DNA of 61,793 bases, counting the filler. It is 14 parts of 14 records of this genome, joined end to end, with 100 filler letters (N's around TTAATTAATTAA, not from the genome) between each part and the next. Parts side by side here need not be neighbours in the genome. Positions count along the whole stretch, not along the records: positions 21,760 to 24,987 come from SRR7504441_12862; positions 25,088 to 29,005 come from SRR7504441_12871; positions 29,106 to 33,645 come from SRR7504441_12874; 11 more parts are not named here. The stretch is one strand, 5' to 3'. Both the position numbers and the translations under genes were made by a program. The notes beneath the pieces are model-generated. The model saw only the letters and a program-made list of their open reading frames with translations, was not told the DNA's origin and made no database searches. Below are positions 22,517 to 33,745 of the stretch, in pieces (position 1 is the first letter of the stretch; each line of letters opens with the position of its first letter).

Positions 22517-24064
22517 CTAGTTTGCAACTATCCGAGTCCGGTAGCCAGGGTCGGCCCGGAGCACTTTCTCCACCTCGATAGACAGCTTGTCCGCCTGGCC
22601 ACCCATCAGCGGCCCCCACCTGCGAGCCCGCACCTCAATCTTGCCTTCCGTCCATTGCGGCTGGTCCGGGTCGAGAACTCGCTCGAACCCGGGCGGGAGC
22701 GGGGCGTTGACCGGGTCGACCATGAACCGGTTGAGCTTGAAGCTGTACTCGTCGTCCAGCAACTCGAGGCTGAGCTCATCCAAGTACTTGTCGCCCCCTA
22801 TCAGCTGCTCACCATCCCTCGATTCGCGCTTGAGGCAGGGCGCCACAAATATGTTCTGATCTGTGGCGCTGGCCTCGTTCTCGCGGATCACAGTGGTGGC
22901 CATATTGCAAAGCATCCCATCGCCCAGCTCCACAATGTGCAGAATCGGATCGGCCTGCTGCTTGCCGGTCGGCTGGTCGGCTACCTGCCTGTGGATCTCG
23001 AGCACCGCCTCCACGGCCTTGTCGAACTTGACCGCGCCCTCGTTGTGTTCCACCCAATAATTGGCGCTGGCCATCGCTGCGACTGAGTTCTCTCCACAAG
23101 TAGTGGAGTCCTCCCCCTCGCAGTAGACTTTCAGTTCTATACCACGCACGCTGGACACCACCCGCGTCCCCGTGAGCTGCTGCACCGGCATCTCTTCCAG
23201 CAGCGCCGCCGCCTTCTGTGCGAGCCGGTCCGAGATCACAGACATGAGCGGCGAGTGGTCTGCGTGTGAGGCCTTCACCCTGGTGCTCTGGACCTCATCG
23301 CCCAGCTGGTCCACCACAGCCGACACGGTGGCCCAATCGCCGGAGAGCACGCACGATTCCTTGGAGTTGTAAGAGGCCACCGCCACCTTGGCCGCTGCGG
23401 TCGGGTCCTCTTGGACTACAGCGTCGATTGCTTTGCGCGTCTGCTCGGGGCCTGTGCGGAGGGCGAGCATCGAGCCGTTGGACGGGGTGTGGTGCATCAG
23501 AGTGGCCCGCTCGCACACAATCTTGAACGCGGTGGGCATGTCCATCACCCCGGCGGCCACCGCGCACATGAGCTCCCCGACTGAGTGTCCGAGCACAACA
23601 TCCGGTCTGATCTGGCGGGACTCTAGGTATTTGTACAGGCCGTACTGGACAGCAAAGAGGCAGGGCTGGGCGTACTGGGCCGAGTTGATCGCCTCGGTGC
23701 ACATGTCCTCGTCCCTGGCGCTCGGGTAGAGCACCTTGACCAGCTCCATCGGGAGCAGCGGCTTGCTCACCGCGTTGCACGCGAGCACTGCTTCCTTATA
23801 TACCTCCACGAACTCGTACAGGTCCCGGCCCAGGTTGCACCGCTGTCCGCCCACCGGCGGGAACAGGAAGCACTTGAGCACCGGCTGCACTTTGAGCGCG
23901 GCCTCCTCGGCAGACGGCACGTACACCAGCTGATCTCCGGTCTGGACCGCTACTATTGTGCCCCCCTCCGGGAGCTCCACGCCCTCTGGCACCGGAAAGT
24001 TGGACTGGTTGGTCCCGGGCGGCAGCACGTACGGCTCGACCACCTGCTCCTCCGCTGCAGCCAT
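22517..24064 (-). CDS. Stand-alone PKS/FAS-type acyltransferase (malonyl-CoA:ACP transacylase fold)
   Basis: AQPCLFAVQYGL, PDVVLGHSVGE (GHSxG nucleophile), conserved Arg in ERATLM, VASYNS...VLSG, HADHSPLM, YWVEH...VKF. No KS or ACP domain; intronless. Confidence 0.88.
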   Translation of the reverse strand: MAAAEEQVVEPYVLPPGTNQSNFPVPEGVELPEGGTIVAVQTGDQLVYVPSAEEAALKVQPVLKCFLFPPVGGQRCNLGRDLYEFVEVYKEAVLACNAVSKPLLPMELVKVLYPSARDEDMCTEAINSAQYAQPCLFAVQYGLYKYLESRQIRPDVVLGHSVGELMCAVAAGVMDMPTAFKIVCERATLMHHTPSNGSMLALRTGPEQTRKAIDAVVQEDPTAAAKVAVASYNSKESCVLSGDWATVSAVVDQLGDEVQSTRVKASHADHSPLMSVISDRLAQKAAALLEEMPVQQLTGTRVVSSVRGIELKVYCEGEDSTTCGENSVAAMASANYWVEHNEGAVKFDKAVEAVLEIHRQVADQPTGKQQADPILHIVELGDGMLCNMATTVIRENEASATDQNIFVAPCLKRESRDGEQLIGGDKYLDELSLELLDDEYSFKLNRFMVDPVNAPLPPGFERVLDPDQPQWTEGKIEVRARRWGPLMGGQADKLSIEVEKVLRADPGYRTRIVAN

Positions 24065-25087
24065 CGTTAACTCTTTCCGTTGATTTCCCGGGCCGGTGGT
24101 GCACTGGTGCACCACTCAGGATGCAGCGGCTGCGCGGCTGCGGCCCGCGCGCGTTTGGATACATGGTGGACTGTTGGGTGCCTACCGAGGCAATCGATTA
24201 ATCGACTGTTGGATTCAGTATGCGGCTACTGCCAACGAGACGACAGAGACACTTCAACAAGCCAGAGCGCGCGCCAGCAACTGCCGCAGCGACGATGTCT
24301 ATGAGGTGGTGGAACTACTCCAAGATGATTCGCAGAATTCATCGTTGCAATTAGATCTGTCACCTATCAGTGCCTACGAACCCAAACTTCATGAGCCGTA
24401 TGCCCCCCTGGCTCCCCCTCTTCGAGGCTGCGGAACAACGTCTCGTTGACGTTTATCATTCTTGGACTGGCCTCCAACCGCTTAATCTGCATGATAGGAT
24501 CCAATTCGTCACGGCCAGGATGCCCAACATTGTGGCTTCGGAGTATGTAAGCTTAAATCCATAGGGTGGAAATATTGTCGTTTCCAGAGCAAAACGGAAT
24601 TCTGAGCCTCCGGAAGCAGCACCCACAAGCAACACCCGTAACCTGCACCGAAGGCCGCCGAGCTCTGGTGCGGCCCCTGGGCTCCGGGGACGGGGGCGGG
24701 GGGCTGAGGGAGGTCGGTCCAGACCCAGCCACCCATCCGGAAGGCTCCGACCTTGGAGATCGGCCGGCGCGACCTGGAGCATGAGCGAGCGGCCGGTGTG
24801 CCAAGGGCTCGGCTTGGCTGGCTGAGCTTGGGGGCTGGCAGAAGAGACAGGTTGCCCGCAAGCGGAAGAATCCTGGCAACACGGACGAAGACAACCCGGA
24901 CGCCCGGATGAGTCCAAACCCGTTCATGATCTCCAGCCGGGAGGCCAGCCCGCGCGACAGTCATACTGTGAGACAAGGTCTTGTACCNNNNNNNNNNNNN
25001 NNNNNNNNNNNNNNNNNNNNNNNNNNNNNNNTTAATTAATTAANNNNNNNNNNNNNNNNNNNNNNNNNNNNNNNNNNNNNNNNNNNN

Positions 25088-25544
25088 TCGGGTTTGAATA
25101 GTAGGTCGCTTGGGCACTGAGGTCGACCTCACGCGCTCACGCTTGTTGTCAGCACGCTGCTCAGCCTCTTCATCCTTGGGCCGGAGGAAGAAGAAGACCA
25201 AGTAGCAGATGAGAGCAATCAGCGTGAACAGGATGGCCACCAGCTGGCAGATGAACGAGAAGCTCATCTTCAACTCGCCGAATCCGAAGCTGAACGTCTA
25301 AGTCGGTTGTCAATGCGATAATAGCGAGCACGACCGCGGCCAATCCCCAGCCGAACGCGCATCTGAGGCACAGTTTCTGCCCCCGCCCGGTGAGCCCAAC
25401 TCCCTTTGGCAACCCACCTGCATCTTCGATGGCAGTTGCAACTGACAGTTGTCCGAGCGGGCTGGCCTGTTTCGCCGGGAGAATCGGCTTTACCACCAGC
25501 CCCCGCTGAATTATAGAATAGCGAAAGACGTACGATAAAGCCAT
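25088..25544 (-). CDS. Hypothetical membrane protein, 3'-partial; exon structure uncertain
   Basis: Hydrophobic segment FICQLVAILFTLIALICYLVFFFL followed by a charged tail, downstream of a probable intron ending near 25299. Confidence 0.35.
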
Positions 25545-25587
25545 AAAGCAATAGAGCTAAATCGCAAGCGAAAGAATCCAACGTAGC

Positions 25588-26559
25588 CTAACCTTCTAGT
25601 GGCTTGGAGGCTAAGGTGACTACCTCCCCCCCGAGGTCTGTAGGCACCGATTGGTAAGATTGATAGCCGCCTGACTGATAGCTCCAGCCAACCGCTGGCA
25701 CCGCGGCGAACAGCTCCGCGCCCGACTCCTCCGCGAGCCTAGGTGACGCAGCTGGGGGTGGTGGGAAGGCCCGCCGCTCTAGCTCCCACGCGCGGAGGTT
25801 GCCAGAGATCCGCGGCTCGGGGAAGTCTGGAGTGCACAGCGACACAGTTGAGCCATAATGGTGGCCGGTCGGGCCAAACTTGCGGAGCAGGCAATCCGGC
25901 GGGTCCAGGTCATACACCACATCCTGGTATATGTAGGAAGGCCCGCTGATCTGCAGCCCAGCGGCTCAGGCGCAACACAGCCAGCCGGGTGGCGCCTGAA
26001 ACGCGAGCACTAGCACGCCGATGCAGATCATGCCGAGCTGGACGTAGCAGTAGATGAGATAGGCCAGGCACACGTCCTTGAGCTCGGACGGACAGCCGTA
26101 GTCTTGCATCAGAAAGCCCCAATACCAGAAATTCAGAATGCCCCAGCCACAAAAGCCCACCACCGCGGTCAGCAGCCAGTCTAGCACCAGCACCGTCCTG
26201 CCGGCCGGCTCGGCCCGGCAACCCAGGGGGGAGGCACGGGAGGGGGAACTGCTCGTCGCCCACGTAGGTGGTCTTCTTGACTGCCAGCCCCGCCAGGAAT
26301 ACGAGCGCCCCCACACAGAGCCCGGCCCCGACCGCGATCTCCATCGCGGCGATGTTCTTGGCACAGTGGTGGTCCGAGTACTTGGTGCCGTAGTAGAGCA
26401 GCACGGTGCCTGCCCTCGGGGGGTGAGGGCGCCAGCTGGGAACTCGGGCGCACCCCACCCAGCGTACAGGACGGCGTAGAAACTCCTGTAGATGGGGTGG
26501 AGCTGGAGCTTGAACATGGTGTGCTTGTTGACGAACCGGAACTCGTCGATCCAACCCAT
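25588..26559 (-). CDS. Multi-TM protein, TMEM272-like, with about 3 introns (probable GC-AG intron 25951-25995)
   Basis: GTKYSDHHCAKNIAAMEIAVG and WGILNFWYWGF...GCPSELKDVCLAYLIYCY resemble the paired-Cys TM pattern of TMEM272. Confidence 0.5.
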
Positions 26560-27616
26560 CCCGCCCCCGCCCGCCCCCGGGCTCAAGCCGCCCTGGGCAC
26601 GCCTGCGAACAGCAGCCAAGGGAGCGGCCCAGCAGCTGCGCTGCAACGCTTTCAAGTTTTGTGAGCCTGCTGGTAAATCGGGCCCCTGTGTGGGGTGGTG
26701 TGTCTGGATGCCGGCTGGCCCCGGGCCAGATCCGCGCCCCTGGAGCTCTGCCAGTCGAGGCCTGAGCCATCGGCCCGGGCTGCGCACCGGCAGACCGCTT
26801 CAGGCCCCGTGGCCCCCGATACGGCCCGAGCTAACCGCGCGGAGTGGGCCGCCCCGCAGCTGCAGATCCGGCACCGGACGGCGCCCCGCCACAGCCAGCC
26901 CTCCGGTGCTGATCGGGAGCCCCGCGAGGCCGCTGTTCTGGTGCCTCCCCAGCCCGGCCGCCCCCCGAGCCCAGATGACAGGGAGCCCGGAGAGAGCCGG
27001 CCGGCCACTGCATCGAGCGACTTTCAGTTCATCAGGTGCCTCGATAGCTCGCCGTAGATCTAAGCCGCGCCTGGCGCTGATGGACGGCCCGGTGCAGCAT
27101 CAGGGACCCGGATTTTGTGCCGCTCAACAAGTTTCGGCGGTGAGTACAAGCTAGCTGGCCTGTTGGATAAAGGGCGTGCCGCAGGACCCCAGGCCAGTTC
27201 ACGTTGTTCTCCATTCAAGAGAAGGTGCGCGGATTGACGGCAAGATATGTGATCTAGCTGGGTTACGCAACGAGAGCTACGAGCTAGCGGGCTAGCGAGT
27301 CGTAGCTGACGTACGTAGCACTGATTTCAATAGAAGTTTCCTATATACTTGTATACGTACGGTAGACCCCCATACTTGTCCGGGCAGCTGCTGCGGCTGG
27401 TGGCGCCGCATCTCATGGGGAGTATGGGGGACAGTGGCTACATGATTGTACGGTAAGTAGATTGTGCGCTAGTGTACGTACGAGTACGAGTAGCCTTGAG
27501 CAAACAGTGTGCACACAACAAGCGAAACTTGCTTCCTCGTGAAAGCCAACTATACCACTGTAGCAATAGATACAGACGTCTATCTTTATTCGAAACAAGT
27601 AGCAGGCGCTTTGACA

Positions 27617-28885
27617 TTAATCGAGTAGCTCACCCGTCCTGTCTTCAACCACCTTCATCGTCGTAAGCGTCTTCTCACGCCAATCGCAGATGTTGTCTTT
27701 GACTAAAGCAATCTGATCCAGGTCGAGCGCGTGCGGTAGAGCCCAAGTGATGGCGATCGTTTGGTTCACCTCGTCGATACGGCCCTTGATCAGCTCAAGA
27801 GACATGGCCTTCATCAGCAGCAACTCGACCTCCTCCAGTGCAATCACCGCCCCCGCCGCGATGTCACTGAACGGGATCAGCCTGCCAGGTCCGGCTCAGC
27901 CAGCGCGTGCGCAGGCACGCACCTCTCATCTGATTTCCTGCGGAAGATCAGCTCGAGCAGCGCGGCGATCGCCACCTTCTGCTTCAACAGCTGCGCCCCC
28001 ACAATCAGCACCGGCAGCTCACCCCACGCTCGGCACCTGCCTATTGCTGCCCACGATCGGGTGGGCCCCGATCGCTGCGGCGTGTGAGGTCCAGAGCTGC
28101 TCATACTCGCTGATCCTCCCGTAGTTGAGCGCGGCGATCATCAGGAGCATCCACTCGTGTTCGGAGCCCTTGAGCGCCTCCAGGATCGGGTGCATCAGGA
28201 TCTCGCCGAACGTGAATATCGAGTCCGTCACGAGCGCCGCAAGGCACAAGTCGCGCGCCAGCTCAGTTTTCTGCTGCGGCTCGATGGTTTCAATTGGCGT
28301 GTAGGTGAGGTACCGGAGCGCGGCCTTGTAGAACTCGCCGGAGGCAGCCTTGCGCTTAAAGTACTGGGCCTTGGTGTTGTAGAACGCCGAGGAGATGACG
28401 TTGTCCGTCTCGAGCAGCACGTCGAGCAGCGCCTGGCACTCATCGATGATAGCCTTGCAGGTGTCGACCTCGCCCAGCTCCAGCCGGTGCCAGGCGATGC
28501 GCATTTTGACATAGATCCCGGCCTCGGTGTCGCTCACCTTCTCCATCCGCCGGTTGGTGATGCGGTCGAGTACAGCCTGCAGGAAGGTGAGCGCGGTGCT
28601 GTGGTCGGTGTGCTGCTTGGACACGGCCACCGCCATCATGACCACCTGGAGCGGGTTGCATTTGGTCTCGATCGCCTTGATCACGCACTCGTAGAACATG
28701 ATCAGCGTGTCTCCGCTCAGCATGCCGCTCTTGATCGAGTCTACGATCAGCACGGTCAGCTGGTGCCACAGCTTGCGATGGAACAGGTCCTCCATTTGCT
28801 CCACCGCGGCCGCGTCCATCCCCGGGTTGGATTTGATCCCCGCCAGGTACTGCCCGGCGGCGGCCTCCAGCTCCTTGTCACTCAT
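27617..28885 (-). CDS. PSMD13: 26S proteasome lid subunit Rpn9/PSMD13 (two introns near 27991-28036 and 27882-27922)
   Basis: LFHRKLWHQLT, FYKAALRYL, IFTFGEILMHPIL, EVELLLMKAMSLELIKGRIDEV...ITW PCI domain. Confidence 0.95.
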
Positions 28886-29105
28886 GCTGGCGCGCTGGTG
28901 GTAGGTCCCTGGTACACCCGAGGCCCTGGCTTTGTCGAAGCCGGAGCTTTGAGGAAGCCAACGGAACTGAACGCCAGTCCTCCGAGATCACCTCACTGAT
29001 GGCTANNNNNNNNNNNNNNNNNNNNNNNNNNNNNNNNNNNNNNNNNNNNTTAATTAATTAANNNNNNNNNNNNNNNNNNNNNNNNNNNNNNNNNNNNNNN
29101 NNNNN

Positions 29106-30195
29106 CCAATACTGTCCAAGTTTCGCCGGCGTCTCCTGTACGTAATATCAGGGGTTGGGAGTACGTACTATCATGTCCCACGATAAAGCCGTCTGTGACA
29201 GTTGGGAGCGCGACGCTCCGACAGGTGTGGCCAGCCACGGCCGGCGGCAGGCTCTTTTGGGTCCAGGTGCTGCCCGCCGGGTTGCCTCCATCCGTGGTTA
29301 CCAGAACAGCCCCGGACTCGCCGACAGCCATCCACACAGATGCGGAGGCGAAGGCCACTGCATACAAAGTTGATTGGGTGCCACTGGGCTGGGTACCCCA
29401 GTTGAAGCCTCCATCGGAGGATGCTCGAATGGCCCCGCCGTCCCCAACGGCGATCACCAGTTGTGATGCCGACCCAGTCATGGTCGGCATCACCACGCCT
29501 CTCAACTCCCCGGGCGCCGGCGGCAGTCCTTGCACAGGGTTCCGCACTACGTAATCATCAGACCCTCTCGCGCCGTCGGGGCGGAAGACGAGGGCCACCG
29601 CGATGAGCAGCAGCCTGCAGGCAGCAAAGGCGCTCCCCGAGCTCCTCCTCCCACCGCTGTTTGTCGGCAGAGCTCCAGCCGCCCCGGCCCCGGCGGCCAT
29701 TGCCTCGCCGGGCCGCCGCTCGCCCGAACCCGGGTCTCGGCGCTCGCCCTCCGGCTGGCCGCGAGCGCCGGCCCGCGGGGGCTGGCCCTTTGGAGATGCC
29801 GGGCTCGGGCCGCCTACAGGTTGCTGCGCGGCTCGGCGACCGTCGGGCGCCGGCCGAGCGTCTTGTCCACCGGGCGCACCTGCTTGGGCATGCCCTTGAA
29901 AGCCCATGGTTGACGCCGCATGTGAAGCGGCGAGAAACTTGCCCCCCTTGCTTACCGACCGCTCCAACTCGGCCTTCAGCTGCTCCACCCGGGTGGCCCG
30001 ACCGCTCGCTGGTTCGTTGGCTGGCCGCTGCCGAACGGGCGACGACGGCCGGCTGCCTGCCAGCTCGGCCACCCGCTGCTCGGCGGCAACGATCTGCTGC
30101 TTGAGCTTCCGCCGGTCGGGCTTGGGGGCAGAGAGCAGTTGACACAGCTGGCTGTGCCTGGCCGCCATCTCGGCCCGCCACTCGGCCTCCTCCAT
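29106..30195 (-). CDS. BNR/Ycf48-like beta-propeller protein, 3'-partial; true start may be ATG 29700
   Basis: AVGDGGAIRASSDGGFNW, AVGESGAVLVTTDGG and ILRTGDAGETW Asp-box repeats after a signal-like segment (LLLIAVALVF). Confidence 0.7.
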
Positions 30196-30441
30196 CACGC
30201 ACTGCTGTCTCGCGGTGCTTGACCCCAAAGAATCCCGACCCCAGGCCGTTGCGGACTCAAACTGAGCTTGGCCAATCCTGCTCTCTGACCGATCTAATTC
30301 TTCTTCATTAGAATAAGAAGTAGAATAGATTAATCTTGAGTAGGAAGTACATAGATTAAAGCGAGATCTATTGAGATGTGAGACTACCTACGGAGCTTGA
30401 TCCAAAACGATCAATGAGCGAAGAGAGCTGATTCTACAAGT

Positions 30442-32074
30442 TTACAGCGTCCTCTTGTCTTTTGGATGTGTCCATTGCCCGCCCAATTGCTTGACATTCG
30501 GTAGCTCCGAGTAAAAGTACATATCGTGGTCCGGATTCAGCTTGCCCTTGGCGAAGTTGATCAGATTCTCGATTGGAGCCTTGCCCGAGAAAGGGTTGAC
30601 CATCTGGTCGCCTGTGCCGTCCTGCAAGTACCGCAGCTTGATCCAGTTGGCCATCTCGTGCATGTACAGGTTGCTGAACGGGGTCGACATCAGCCTGCTG
30701 TTCCGGAGCCCCTCGGTGACCAGCACCACGAAGAACCAGCACGTCCAGAGCGTGAACAGAGTGTAACGCCAGTTTGTTAGATTGTGCCACAGCCACATGT
30801 GCACACGAAGTATAGAGGGCGAGCCCGGGCTTGAGGAGATGACATCCACAGACACGAATACCATCAATAGCGCATCCAGCAGAACGAGCAGGCACACGAG
30901 CGCGAAGTGCCGGTAATTCTCTCCGCAGATGTGAACTCCGAGCGGCTTGCACACGTGGCTGAAGTGCCTCACCAGCAACCCGCTGTCCGGCGCCACCGCG
31001 GCACGGAATGGGCGCGGCATTTTGGCTGTAACGTCGACCGTCACGCTGTGGAAGAACTGATCGTTGGCCGGGGCGGCAGGGTTGCCGGATATTTGAAGCT
31101 CTGGCTCCACGATCACGCCGACTTCTTTCTTCTGAGAGATCCTGTAACCAACGTACACAGCCAGTCCGGCCAGGGTCATCTGAATCAGGAGCAGCAGCCG
31201 GTACGGCGTGTACGAGAAGACGTTCAACCAGAACCAGGGCATCGACATGCCCAGCGTGCTGACCACTGCGACCACTTGCATGTTCTCTCGGTTGCCTCTC
31301 TCATTCCATAGATATTGCATACGGTGCCGCCTCGACAGGTACGAGTGGATCTCGGCTGCCAGCTCCGGGTGGTTCTCGTCCATGGCCAGCTGCTCGGCGG
31401 TCCGGCCGGCCTTGTCTTGGATAGTCAGGTCAGTCCCACACTTAATCAGCACCAGCGCAGGCAGCCTGTGCCCACCCCTTGCCGCCCAATGCAGCGCGGT
31501 CCGCTTCTCCTCGGTGTCCTGGGCGTTGAGCGCGTTGCCTCGCTGGATCAGGAACCGGGCCACGCAGGTGTGCCCTAGGTGGGCCGCCCACATGAGCGGG
31601 GTGCGGCCCTTGGCGTCCAGACACTCGCAGGCGGCCCCTTCCATCAGCAGAATTTGAGTGCAAAGCACCTGGCCGTACTGGGCCCCATAGTGCACTGGGG
31701 TGCAGCCGGCCGAGTCCTCTTCGTCCAGCGAGGCCCCGGCGTGGATCAGCATGCGCACCATGTTGTGGTGGCCCTTCAGCACCGCCCAATGCAGCGGCGT
31801 CTGGCGAAAGTCGGTCTCCACCGCGTCGAGCGGGGAGCCCTGGCTGATCAGCAGCCGGGCCGCCTTGCGCGAGTCATGTAGCGCGGCCCAGTGGAGCGGG
31901 GTGTGCGCCTTGTCGTCCAGGCTGCTCGCCGAGGCCTCCCCTTGCTCGATCAGCCTCTGAACCTGAAGCACATCCTGCCCCACCCCGCTCGCCCCGGGCA
32001 AGACGACGGCGCCGCACATTCCGGGCGGACGCCTCGAAGATGTTGCGCTCGCTCGGCAACTTGAGCACCGACAT
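30442..32074 (-). CDS. Ankyrin-repeat DHHC-family (Akr1/TIP1-like) protein with a degenerate DHHC domain (intron 31975-32017)
   Basis: About six ankyrin repeats (TPLHWAA), TM pairs, RPFRA...FSHVCKPLGVHICGENYRHF, and C-terminal NPFSG...N. Confidence 0.85.
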
Positions 32075-32160
32075 CACTGCTTGTCTCCTCGCCCCGGGTG
32101 TGCCCGATCCTTCTCGCTCGCAACAAAAACAAAGTCGGCGAGGGCCGCCACAACAGCGAC

Positions 32161-33519
32161 ATGCCTGGGAAGAAGGCGCGGGACCCGCTCGACGAGGCCT
32201 TTGAGGCCCAGTACGCCAAGGAGGAGAAGACCCCAGTCCCCACGACATCCTTCCACGGCTACGAGTTCGGCGGCCCGACCGGCTCGGCCGGGATGATGGT
32301 GGGTCTGCCGGTGGGGGTCTACGCTCTCAGCTGGGCCGCGTCCAAACGTGGACTTACCCAGGCCCTGACCGGGCTGCAGCCGGCGCTCGGCCAGATGTTC
32401 GAGGGGGTGCTTCCGTCGGCTGCGACTGGGCTGGGTCTGGTCTCGCTCTGGATGGGCTTTCAGGCTGTGCTCGATCGGGTGCTCCCTGCCAACATGGTCG
32501 AGGGCTCGCCTCTGCCGTGCCAGCCGCCCCGCCGGCTCAAGTACGCCATCAACGGCCACATGGCCTTCTGGGTGACCGCGCTAGTGGCGCTGCTCGTCAC
32601 GCGGTTCCGAAAGGCTGGGCGCGGGCTCTCACTGATCTATGATTGCTACCCGATGCTGAGGCATGGTGCGCTGCTGTTCGCGGCGCTGCTCTCTGTCCGT
32701 CTGTACCAGAAGTCGTTCGAGGAGCCGGCGGAGGGCGAGGTTAAGATCATCGCCGACGCGGGCAAGAGTCCGTCCAAGCTGTACAACTTCTTCATGGGTC
32801 GCGAACTCAACCCTCGGATTGGCGGATTCGACCTGAAGGTCTTCTGCGAGCTGCGTCCCGGGCTGATAGGCTGGGCGCTGATCAACGCCGGGATGGCCGC
32901 CAAGCAGTACGACCGGACCGGCCGGCTCTCGCTCCCAATGGCAATGGTAAATCTGTTCCAGGGCCTATATGTGTGGGATGCTCTGTACTTTGAGCGGTCC
33001 ATCCTGAGCACGATGGACGTAACCACCGAGGGCTTTGGTTACATGCTCGCGTTCGGCGACCTGGTGTGGGTGCCGTTCGTTTACTCGCTCCAGGCGCGGC
33101 ACCTGGCAGATCACATGCCCGTGCTCTCGAACCGGTACTGCCTAGCGGTGGCAGCACTCGCAGGATTTGGGTACTGGGTGTTCCGTGGGTCGAATCTGCA
33201 GAAGGACCAGTACCGGCGCAACCCTGAGCTGTTCAAGGACTACAAGACGCTCAAGACCAAGAGGGGCACCACGCTGCTGGTGGACGGCTGGTGGAAGCTG
33301 GCTCGCAAGATCAACTACACCGGAGATATCATCATGGCGACGGCCTGGAGCCTGTTCTGCGGGCCCAACCCGATCACCTACTTTTACCCGGTCTACCTGG
33401 CCGGGCTGCTCTACCACCGGGCGCTCCGCGACGACGCGTTCTGCTTGCAGAAGCACGGAGAGGACTGGCAGGAGTACAAGAGGCAAGTGCCCTACTTGCT
33501 TGTGCCCGGGCTTCTCTAG
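32161..33519 (+). CDS. ERG24: Delta14-sterol reductase (ERG24/TM7SF2/FACKEL family)
   Basis: YEFGGP, YNFFMGRELNPRIG.FDLK.F.ELRPG, TMDVTTEGFGYMLAFGDLVWVPF.YSLQA, GWWKLARKINYTGD, HRALRDD. Confidence 0.92.
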   Translation: MPGKKARDPLDEAFEAQYAKEEKTPVPTTSFHGYEFGGPTGSAGMMVGLPVGVYALSWAASKRGLTQALTGLQPALGQMFEGVLPSAATGLGLVSLWMGFQAVLDRVLPANMVEGSPLPCQPPRRLKYAINGHMAFWVTALVALLVTRFRKAGRGLSLIYDCYPMLRHGALLFAALLSVRLYQKSFEEPAEGEVKIIADAGKSPSKLYNFFMGRELNPRIGGFDLKVFCELRPGLIGWALINAGMAAKQYDRTGRLSLPMAMVNLFQGLYVWDALYFERSILSTMDVTTEGFGYMLAFGDLVWVPFVYSLQARHLADHMPVLSNRYCLAVAALAGFGYWVFRGSNLQKDQYRRNPELFKDYKTLKTKRGTTLLVDGWWKLARKINYTGDIIMATAWSLFCGPNPITYFYPVYLAGLLYHRALRDDAFCLQKHGEDWQEYKRQVPYLLVPGLL

Positions 33520-33745
33520 ATCGCCCGGAACGGCACAACCATGTCAAACATCCGGCGTGTTAAAGCATGCAAGTAAATTACAAGTCATTGTCCCATAGCG
33601 AAACTGGCTACTGGAAGCTGGTGAAACCGAAAAGTGTTTTATTGCNNNNNNNNNNNNNNNNNNNNNNNNNNNNNNNNNNNNNNNNNNNNTTAATTAATTA
33701 ANNNNNNNNNNNNNNNNNNNNNNNNNNNNNNNNNNNNNNNNNNNN

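Noticed and set aside
24096-24987. Gene divergent from the acyltransferase
   Set aside because: Several short ORFs but no consistent exon chain or motif, so it was not called.
29106-29700. Ycf48-like repeats as evidence of a plastid
   Set aside because: Asp-box propellers are common in secreted non-photosynthetic proteins, and no plastid-specific gene is present in the window.
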